Assembly (NCBI GenBank): GCA_001785615.1
Contig: MFUG01000016.1
Span: 13,752-77,751, forward strand
Direction: 5' to 3'
DNA: 64,000 nucleotides
Source of the DNA: Candidatus Nomurabacteria bacterium RIFCSPHIGHO2_02_FULL_42_19
Lineage (GTDB): Bacteria; Patescibacteriota; Minisyncoccia; Phycocordibacterales; UBA9973
Position numbers and translations under genes: made by a program. Of the stretch, positions 57,209-64,000 are shown one piece after another; position 1 is the stretch's first letter; the number at the start of each line of letters is the position of its first letter. Below the pieces are notes generated by a model, which did no database searches, had not been told where the DNA came from, and saw only the letters and a list, made by a program, of their open reading frames with translations.

Positions 57209-58915
57209 TTAAAGAAATTCCCCTTGGTAGCACTTCTCACAATAAACTATCTCGGGCCGTTCCGGTGCATACGAAGTCCTAATTGGCTTTTCGCATTTCA
57301 TGCACTCTCGGTCAAAAAAGACAGGCGGGTTAGTACGGACAAAACGCAATTTCTGCCGGCAGTTAAAACATTGAACGGGAAGTGGTAAATTTAATTTACG
57401 CATTAAATTAAGCTCACCCATGGTAAAACGATATGCGTTACTACAATTGTTACATTCAATCACTTCGTTTAAAATAGACTCATCTGTTTCCTTAATAGTT
57501 TTTGGCAAGTCCTTTGCTTTTTTTGTGATATCATATTCATTTTTTATTTCTTCATGCCATTTATAACCTTCTGTTAGTGCTTGTTTTTCACTTTTAGGAA
57601 AAAACTGATATGCAACTGTTTCATTGTAGGCAAAAGGGGTAAGGTCAATTGGAAAAAATTCTCCATACGGCCAAATTTGTCCCTGCTTGTCTTTATAGGG
57701 ATTCGTTTTCATATCTTTAATAATTTGTGCCTTTAATTTTTCATATTCCGCTTTTGAATATTCTTTGTTGAGGATGCAATATCGTTTCTTCTTCAGATTA
57801 ACACTACCAAAACAATCTCTACATCCATTAAGGGCGTACATGCAATATTCTATATCGAGGGCATTAGGCCAGCATTGGTAAGAAAATTTAACGTTACTTG
57901 CTCCTTCCCCACTTATAGCAGATTCATAAATTTTCTCAGAATTGTTACCCCAGCCTGTGTAATCATAACAATCTTTGGCTTTTGCCAAACTTACAATTTG
58001 GGTATATTTTCCGTCTTCCACTCCGGAAACCATATAGCAATCTCTGGCATTTTTCGATTCATAAATATAGTCACCAGACACATTCTTATTTAAAGCGTTC
58101 CCGATATAAAATCTTCTCGGATATTTATTCCAAAATTCAAATGCTTTTTCGCGCATCTCGTCTAAGTTTTTACGCGAATCAAGATTGTATTCTTTCAATT
58201 TTGCAAAATAATTTTCACGCGAATACTGTTCATTAAAGATACAATAACTCTTATTTCGGAGATTTACACAGCCAAAACAATTTACCAAACCGGAACAACT
58301 GCGGGAAAACAGAGTATCCGTACAAGCATCGCATTCTTCGGAGAAAAAGGTTTTGTAGCACCTATCGCATCCCACAGATTCATAACATAATTCAGATTCT
58401 TTCATGCGATAACAATCTATCGAGTCTTTCAGCCCCGCGAGATATGAGGAATAGAAAACATTATCGCAATAATCTGCCCAAAATGTCATATAACAATTTT
58501 TCAGGTGAGCAACAGCATTCGTGTATTCGCTATTTTTTAAAGTTAAGTAGTTTAATTCAAGTGCTTGCCAGGGAGTTTTGGCTACTAAATCCTTAAGCTG
58601 TTCAAAAAAGGGGCGACTTGTGTCATATTTTTGCGCATACTCTGTTCCATCCCATGAGTCACTCCACCAACAACGACTGCAAAAGACGACTTCAGATTTA
58701 TCAGGAGAGTGATTAGAAAGAGTTACTTTGCCACATTTGTTACAATTTCTTTTATAAAGATTCCAAACATTCACAAATGAAAATCTTCGAATCATGCGGC
58801 ATTCCGGACACCAAGTCGGCGACGGAACGGAAATTTTTTCATAGAAATTAAAATCTTCCGTTTCTATAACGAAGTCCTTACGACAATTTTGACAAGATTT
58901 AGTTTCTTTATTCAT
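57209..58915 (-). CDS. large cysteine-rich protein (568 aa, ~45 Cys) with terminal zinc-ribbon-like CxxC pairs and internal repeated C..DCFG.VNL..K.YCI.N..YS units
   Basis: CQNCRK..CPEC, CNKCGK..CSRC at the N-terminus. Internal repeats GCDRCYKTF../GCVNLRNKSYCIFNEQYS and GCRDCFGSVNLKKKRYCILNKEYS. C-terminus CNNC..CFNC, CMKC..CEKC. Confidence 0.5.
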   Translation of the reverse strand: MNKETKSCQNCRKDFVIETEDFNFYEKISVPSPTWCPECRMIRRFSFVNVWNLYKRNCNKCGKVTLSNHSPDKSEVVFCSRCWWSDSWDGTEYAQKYDTSRPFFEQLKDLVAKTPWQALELNYLTLKNSEYTNAVAHLKNCYMTFWADYCDNVFYSSYLAGLKDSIDCYRMKESELCYESVGCDRCYKTFFSEECDACTDTLFSRSCSGLVNCFGCVNLRNKSYCIFNEQYSRENYFAKLKEYNLDSRKNLDEMREKAFEFWNKYPRRFYIGNALNKNVSGDYIYESKNARDCYMVSGVEDGKYTQIVSLAKAKDCYDYTGWGNNSEKIYESAISGEGASNVKFSYQCWPNALDIEYCMYALNGCRDCFGSVNLKKKRYCILNKEYSKAEYEKLKAQIIKDMKTNPYKDKQGQIWPYGEFFPIDLTPFAYNETVAYQFFPKSEKQALTEGYKWHEEIKNEYDITKKAKDLPKTIKETDESILNEVIECNNCSNAYRFTMGELNLMRKLNLPLPVQCFNCRQKLRFVRTNPPVFFDRECMKCEKPIRTSYAPERPEIVYCEKCYQGEFL

Positions 58916-59387
58916 ACTTTATATTCATTATCGCACAATTAATCCACAATTTACATTACGGACTAAGTAGTGCGGGCAAGTGCATGATCCCTCACTACCT
59001 TGCCCTTACTTTTCCCCACCCCCCTGTGATGGAGGTGGAACCACCATCATGATGAGACGCAGGCTGCAGATGATCATTCCCACCATCATGACAACCTTCG
59101 CCCAAAAAAGAACATTCCGGTTCCAGCACCAAGCGCTGGGGTTGAAACCGTTGCAGGTCATCTCCCCCCGTACCGCGAAAATCTCTAGCACGGCCAGCGA
59201 AATGAAAACCAACATTATTCTTATGATACTTTTTTCGTTCTCCATACACACTCCATCTGCATTAAAACATATTTAAATAAAACGTCAATTAAAACATTAA
59301 ATATATCTTGAAATACACCTTATTTATTAAACATTTTTCCTGTATTTTAAAATAAATGTCAGTTTTATTGACATTTTACTAGATAGG

Positions 59388-60161
59388 GTGTATGATGATT
59401 TTATGGATAATACACAAACGCTGAAGCAACTAGGGCTCTCCGAAAAACAAGCGAGGATATACCTGGCCCTGCTTGAATTGGGAGAGTCCCCTATGACCGA
59501 GATAGCCCGGAAAGCAAACTTAAAACGCCCTACGGTATATCTCATTATTGATGAGCTGATTATTTTGGGTCTTTGCTCGGAGCTGACCAAGGGAAAGAAG
59601 AAATTTTATTCCGCTATTCACCCGCGCCGACTGGTAGAAATGACCCATTTTAGGAATAAGCAAGCGGAAAAATTATTGCCCGAATTGGTGGCTTTGCAAA
59701 ACACTGCTGAAAAGCCAAAAGTGCGGATGCTGGAAGGGCTCGAAGGTATGCGCACCGCTTACGAAGAGGCCTATGCGTCCTTAAACAACAAAGAAGAAGG
59801 CCTATGGATAAGCAATATCGATTTTTTGGAGGAAAAATTCCCGGAGGTCATAAAACTATATTTAAAAACTCTAGAGAGGCTGCACAATCCCCCGATTCGG
59901 GAAATAGTTCAAGGCGGCGAAATAAGCAAAAACTATATCAAGCGGGTAGTAAACCTTAAAAAAGGAAAAAATTTCAAAATCAGATACGTGCCGCCGGCCT
60001 ACTTATTCGGTTACACCGATCAATTGATAATTGGCGACAAAGTCATGACCTTTGTCCTGGGTAAAGAAATTTTCGTGCTTATTGTAGAGAGCAAAGACAA
60101 CGCCCAAACTCAGCGCGGTATCTTTGAACTGGCATGGGCAGGAGCGGAGAAAATAAATTAG
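59388..60161 (+). CDS. TrmB-family transcriptional regulator
   Basis: N-terminal wHTH LGLSEKQARIYLALLELGESPMTEIARKANLKRPTVYLIIDELIILGL plus a C-terminal sensor-like domain. Confidence 0.7.
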   Translation: MYDDFMDNTQTLKQLGLSEKQARIYLALLELGESPMTEIARKANLKRPTVYLIIDELIILGLCSELTKGKKKFYSAIHPRRLVEMTHFRNKQAEKLLPELVALQNTAEKPKVRMLEGLEGMRTAYEEAYASLNNKEEGLWISNIDFLEEKFPEVIKLYLKTLERLHNPPIREIVQGGEISKNYIKRVVNLKKGKNFKIRYVPPAYLFGYTDQLIIGDKVMTFVLGKEIFVLIVESKDNAQTQRGIFELAWAGAEKIN

Positions 60162-60835
60162 CTGAACATTTTTTTTCCACCAGAGGCGGATCCGCCTAGG
60201 GCGGAGAATTCTTTCGGTAAGGGTGATTCTACTTTGATTGTTTTGTTTTTTCCACCAGAGGCGGATCCGCCTAGGGCGGAGAATTCTATGGATTTAGCAT
60301 GTAGGGCCATGCGTTTAATACCTTTCGGGCATGGACCGGTCGGATTATAAAGCGAGTCGCAAACAACTGGATGATTAAGGTATTTCATATGCACGCGGAT
60401 CTGGTGCGTGCGACCGGTTTTGGGCTTAACTTCAAGATAAGTAAATTTAATTCCATTATCTGTAAATCTTTTCAGTACTTTGTATTCCGTAACAGCGTCA
60501 CGCATTGTCCCTCGCGCACCCCGGCCCGCAAGCCAGCGACGGAAGTCGGAAGGACTGCGGCCAATGGGCTTGTTTATAATTTGATGGTCGCGGGTAACAA
60601 AGCCGGATACTATGGCATTGTAAATTTTCTTTACTGTTCTAGCCTGAAACTGGCTTTTGAGTGTTTCATGCGCTTTTTTATTTTTTGCCAGAAGCATCGC
60701 GCCGGAAGTTTCTCTGTCCAACCTATGAGCAAGAATAAAATTGGGATATTTTTTAGAAATAGCGTCGACTAAAACACCGGACGGTTTATCTATCGCTAAA
60801 ATATTTGCGTCCTCGTATAAAACTTTGATTTTCAT
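60158..60835 (-). CDS. rluA: RluA-family pseudouridine synthase with tandem-repeat C-terminal tail
   Basis: HRLDRETSGAML catalytic Asp motif and GRTHQIRVH. The C-terminus carries 2x EFSALGGSASGGK, encoded by 2x ~37-bp repeats containing ggcggatccgcc palindromes (60176-60290). Confidence 0.85.
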   Translation of the reverse strand: MKIKVLYEDANILAIDKPSGVLVDAISKKYPNFILAHRLDRETSGAMLLAKNKKAHETLKSQFQARTVKKIYNAIVSGFVTRDHQIINKPIGRSPSDFRRWLAGRGARGTMRDAVTEYKVLKRFTDNGIKFTYLEVKPKTGRTHQIRVHMKYLNHPVVCDSLYNPTGPCPKGIKRMALHAKSIEFSALGGSASGGKNKTIKVESPLPKEFSALGGSASGGKKMFS

Positions 60836-60836
60836 G

Positions 60837-60908
60837 TGCCCCCGGCAAGAATCGAACTTGCATTATCGGCTTAGAAGTCCGAAGTTCTGTCCATTGAACT
60901 ACGGGGGC
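60837..60908 (-). tRNA. tRNA-Arg (anticodon UCU), CCA not encoded
   Basis: Reverse complement GCCCCCG-TA-GTTC-AATGGACA-GAAC-T-TCGGA-CTTCTAA-GCCGA-TAAT-GCAAG-TTCGATT-CTTGC-CGGGGGC-A. One A:G mismatch at 31:39. Confidence 0.65.
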
Positions 60909-60965
60909 AAATTACAAAAGAACTTCTGTTAATATACTACAAAGATTTGGTTTTTCCAAAAAATT

Positions 60966-61041
60966 CTGGTGCGGGATGCAGGGCTTGAACCTGCGACCTT
61001 CGCTGTGTAAAAGCGCTGCTCTACCAACTGAGCTAATCCCG
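60966..61041 (-). tRNA. tRNA-Val (anticodon UAC), CCA encoded
   Basis: Reverse complement GCGGGAT-TA-GCTC-AGTTGGTA-GAGC-A-GCGCT-TTTACAC-AGCGA-AGGTC-GCAGG-TTCAAGC-CCTGC-ATCCCGC-A-CCA. Confidence 0.8.
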
Positions 61042-61063
61042 CATACCATTAAAATTAACACTT

Positions 61064-61372
61064 TTACCTTGATGGGTCAATGATGGGCGAAGGAGAATTT
61101 AGGATAGTAATTGCTTTTTTATTTTTTTCAGCAAAATATTCAAGCGCTTTATCAATTCTTTCTTTACTGAGGGTGGCCCCTTTACCCGCGGTGTTATCGT
61201 CCGATAAAGTAAATTCTTTATTTACTCTTTTGAAAAAATAAAAACTAAAGATGAAAGAGGCGAGCATCAGAATAAGCGCAACAACCTGAAGAACGTTCCA
61301 ATAAACGTCGGGATTGGTATGCAGACCTCCTTTTTTGAAACTTTTTTTTATTTTGAAAAATTTTATTTGCAT
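61064..61372 (-). CDS. small membrane protein downstream of pilO (possible pilus assembly accessory)
   Basis: Single TM, 102 aa, follows the pilMNO genes. Confidence 0.35.
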   Translation of the reverse strand: MQIKFFKIKKSFKKGGLHTNPDVYWNVLQVVALILMLASFIFSFYFFKRVNKEFTLSDDNTAGKGATLSKERIDKALEYFAEKNKKAITILNSPSPIIDPSR

Positions 61373-61384
61373 TTTGAAATTTAT

Positions 61385-61933
61385 TTATGGAATAAAACTT
61401 AAAAGCTTTATCTTGAAAACGGCCGCCCACTGCGGAGCTGGGTTTTTGCTGTCCAAGACCCCTCCCCCAGCGGACGTCTCCAGGGTCATGGAAATAAAAT
61501 CAAGTTCATAAGGAGAATTCTCCAGCAGGGTTAAAAATTTATAAAGTGCTTCAAAAGACCCGGTCGCGTTCACTCCGACCACCAGCCCGCTGTTATCCTT
61601 CGGCACTTCCACAAGGATAACTTCCGCTTTGGCCCCTGCGTCTCCGGCTAGTTTTTCAGTCATATTAAGAAACGGCACAATATCGGAACCCTGGATAAAG
61701 TGGGCGTTAAGTAATATATATTCTTTTTCAATTGTTTGCAGTAAGCGCTCTAATGATTTTATTTCGTCTTGCCTATTTACTTCACTTTGTCGTTCCATCT
61801 CCAGCTCGGCCGAGGTTTGATAATTATTTTGGGTCTGTCTATATAAAAAAATAAAAACAAAACAGGAAAGTAAAAGAAGGGCGGTGGAAAGTATAAGCGG
61901 TATTTTTTTAAATTTTTGAAAATTATTCTGCAT
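61385..61933 (-). CDS. pilO: type IV pilus assembly protein PilO-like
   Basis: N-terminal TM + coiled coil + periplasmic domain. Position after the PilN-like gene. Confidence 0.5.
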   Translation of the reverse strand: MQNNFQKFKKIPLILSTALLLLSCFVFIFLYRQTQNNYQTSAELEMERQSEVNRQDEIKSLERLLQTIEKEYILLNAHFIQGSDIVPFLNMTEKLAGDAGAKAEVILVEVPKDNSGLVVGVNATGSFEALYKFLTLLENSPYELDFISMTLETSAGGGVLDSKNPAPQWAAVFKIKLLSFIP

Positions 61934-61934
61934 A

Positions 61935-62477
61935 CTAAGAAGGGGTTAGTCCTAAAGAAAATTTAATATTTGATCCTTTGACAAAATTAGAAATAGGCAA
62001 GTCAACTTTTTTAAAGGCGATATTGTTTTCCAGTTCCCGCTTGAATAAAAGTAGCCGGTCCCGGGAAGACGCCACCCCGCTGATGCTTATGGTCTTGCCT
62101 TTTATGGATTCATTACGATACTGGATTTGAGTAATTTTAATATCGGGCATTTTCTCAGACATGATTTCATTTATTACTTTCTGCGAAACGAGGTATCTAC
62201 TATTACGGCTTTTTTCAATTAAATCCAGCTTTTTACTCAAGTCCTCAACCACCGTGAGAGTTTCTTTATCGGGAGAGGGTATGGATTGATTTTTTTCTGT
62301 TTCAAGTTTGCTGTTAATAAGATTTTTTCTGACCGAAGAAAGAAAATAAGCCGGCAACATGGCTACTCCGGCGATCAGAATAGAAAAGCCGAACACTGCA
62401 AAGGCGGTAACTAACAGACGGTAGTAAAAATCCTTTACTTTTTTCTTTTTTTCTTCATTTGGAATTAAATTAATCAT
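61935..62477 (-). CDS. pilN: type IV pilus assembly protein PilN-like
   Basis: MINLIP... then TM LLVTAFAVFGFSILIAGVAMLPAYF. 180 aa, directly downstream of pilM. Confidence 0.55.
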   Translation of the reverse strand: MINLIPNEEKKKKVKDFYYRLLVTAFAVFGFSILIAGVAMLPAYFLSSVRKNLINSKLETEKNQSIPSPDKETLTVVEDLSKKLDLIEKSRNSRYLVSQKVINEIMSEKMPDIKITQIQYRNESIKGKTISISGVASSRDRLLLFKRELENNIAFKKVDLPISNFVKGSNIKFSLGLTPS

Positions 62478-62480
62478 ATT

Positions 62481-63563
62481 TTATTCGTGCTCGAAGTCCC
62501 CCAAGGCGAGCCCCAAAGCCGCCGCAAAGGTCAGGGAGCGGTTAAAAGTTATTTCCGGAATATATTTTTCGGTATTTATTATATTAATCCAGACATTGGC
62601 TGTTTCTACTTTATTTTTTATACTAATAGAAAAATATTCAGGTAATCCCGTTAAGTTAGCGTCTCCGCCACAAAGAATTATTTTCTTAATAGGTGGATGA
62701 TTTCGATCCTTTTCGTCTTTGTGGGTATGCCAATATAAGAAATGCTTGACTATTTCATCGCGCAAAACAGAAGCACTATTTAGAAGCACCGAAAATATTT
62801 CTTTATTGGCCATATTGCGCTCCAGGCCGAACTTTCTTTTCATTTTTTCCGCCTCCTCCAGACCTACGTTAAAGTTTTTTGCAATCATTTGGGTAAGCAT
62901 TGCTCCGCCAAGATCCAAAGTGGAAGTAAATACCGCTATTCCATGAGAGATAATAAAAATTCCGGTTCGGGTCTGGCCAAAATCCACAATCATATAGGTT
63001 TCCATGTCGCCTTTTTTTATAACCGCTCGAGAGATGGCCTGGGCCTCAAGTTCAAACGACTGAACAGAGAGCATTGAATTTCTAAAAACCGATAAATAAT
63101 TTTCAATAATATTTTTTGGGATGGCGGCAACTTGAAGTTCTAGACCTTGTTCGTCTTCACTTAATAACTCATAATCAAATATCGCATCTTGGGCTGGAAT
63201 CGGTACGTGCTCTTCCAGAGAAAGTTCTATCCCCTCTCGAACGTTTACTAAACCCACTTTATCCAAATGCAACCGAAAGAGATAGACCTGCTCCTCCGGC
63301 AAAGAGACGCGTACAAAACGAAGTCCTTCATCCTTTTTAAGAGATAACAAGACCTGTTCCAGCCGTTTGGGGTCCTTGATCTTGCCGGACTCAATGATCC
63401 CCACGGGGATCTTGCGTTCTCCATATCTGCCTATTCTAATGCCACTTTTCGCCGGCACAAGCTCTACAAATTTTAGGGACTCATCGGAAATATCCAAACC
63501 GAAAGAGGGCGCCATCAGAAATCTTGGAGTCGGGAAAAACCTATTATACAAATTCCTGAACAT
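62481..63563 (-). CDS. pilM: type IV pilus assembly ATPase-like protein PilM (actin-like fold)
   Basis: FGLDISDESLKFVEL.., DFGQTRTGIFII, LGGAMLT. Confidence 0.7.
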   Translation of the reverse strand: MFRNLYNRFFPTPRFLMAPSFGLDISDESLKFVELVPAKSGIRIGRYGERKIPVGIIESGKIKDPKRLEQVLLSLKKDEGLRFVRVSLPEEQVYLFRLHLDKVGLVNVREGIELSLEEHVPIPAQDAIFDYELLSEDEQGLELQVAAIPKNIIENYLSVFRNSMLSVQSFELEAQAISRAVIKKGDMETYMIVDFGQTRTGIFIISHGIAVFTSTLDLGGAMLTQMIAKNFNVGLEEAEKMKRKFGLERNMANKEIFSVLLNSASVLRDEIVKHFLYWHTHKDEKDRNHPPIKKIILCGGDANLTGLPEYFSISIKNKVETANVWINIINTEKYIPEITFNRSLTFAAALGLALGDFEHE

Positions 63564-63595
63564 GCCAATATTATACGATATTCTGTCCCCAATCG

Positions 63596-64000
63596 CTACG
63601 ATACGGATTTATTTTGCTTGTCCAGATATCGCTGGAGTATCAAGGCGGCGGCTGAAGCGTCTATCCGTCCAGATTTTATTTGCTTCAATTTGCTATGCGC
63701 TTGCGATTGGGTCAGAGTTTGCTTATTATCTTTGGATTTTCTCGCCTCCACGGAAGTAAGAAACTCTTTTTGCTTGTGAATTGGAAGCTTAAATTTTTTT
63801 TCTAGGTCTTTTATAAAAAGCTCAATCCGCGCGGACAGGACATTCAGCCGCCCGGAGAAATCAACGGATTCACCTATCACAATTTCTGAAATTTTTTCCG
63901 CTTGAATAATCTTGCCTAGCCGCTCGAAAGTATCGGTGTCATTTGGCACTATTTCTTTCGGGAAAGCGAGGACGGCTTCGTCGTTTGAAACCGCCACGCC
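63596..64000 (-). CDS. ruvX: Holliday-junction resolvase-like RuvX/YqgF (partial, N-terminus beyond window end)
   Basis: ..VAVSNDEAVLAFP...IVIGESVDFSGRL....AAALILQRYL matches the YqgF pattern. The frame stays open to the window edge. Confidence 0.7.
   Translation of the reverse strand, partial: GVAVSNDEAVLAFPKEIVPNDTDTFERLGKIIQAEKISEIVIGESVDFSGRLNVLSARIELFIKDLEKKFKLPIHKQKEFLTSVEARKSKDNKQTLTQSQAHSKLKQIKSGRIDASAAALILQRYLDKQNKSVS

Overview
The window is AT-rich (about 35-40% GC by eye) and very gene-dense, with short intergenic spacers. It looks like a reduced bacterial genome; a Patescibacteria/CPR-like origin is my inference, not proven. TGA is a normal stop codon here: smpB ends in TGA. Most genes are on the minus strand.

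Gene content, in order:
- a Liv-type ABC transporter operon (1-5.1 kb)
- ftsH, followed by a tRNA and a GC-rich RNA-like tail
- smpB immediately followed by a well-supported tmRNA (ssrA)
- a relB/dinJ-relE pair whose toxin carries an in-frame TGA
- infC-rpmI-rplT
- a map / T4SS-coupling-protein-like ATPase / ndk block
- adk, a UMP-kinase-like gene and cmk
- a long S10-spc ribosomal cluster (secY back to tuf), then pyrF-pyrE-pyrD, fusA-rpsG-rpsL
- a thyA-folA/dCMP-deaminase nucleotide cluster
- rplK-nusG-secE, murB, tsaC
- an island bounded by tRNA-His and tRNA-Leu that carries an HNH endonuclease
- rplS, a large Cys-rich protein, a TrmB regulator, rluA, tRNA-Arg and tRNA-Val
- a pilMNO block and a partial ruvX

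The most unusual content is non-housekeeping material inserted inside otherwise conserved operons:
- a 724-bp insertion with 40-bp direct repeats at the cmk/secY junction. It carries a PaaX-C/Cas2-like wHTH gene flanked by a 32-bp perfect palindrome.
- a paralogous Cas2/PaaX-C-like gene with 27-bp direct repeats wedged between rpsG and fusA.
- a three-gene cassette (AbrB-like, retropepsin-like aspartic protease, DUF5678-like) with 27-bp palindromic direct repeats between rpsN and rplE.
- three families of paired intergenic repeat elements inside the ribosomal operon.
- GC-rich, hairpin-dense islands of foreign-looking composition between rpsS and rplB, next to tRNA-Ile, and between VKOR and tRNA-Leu.
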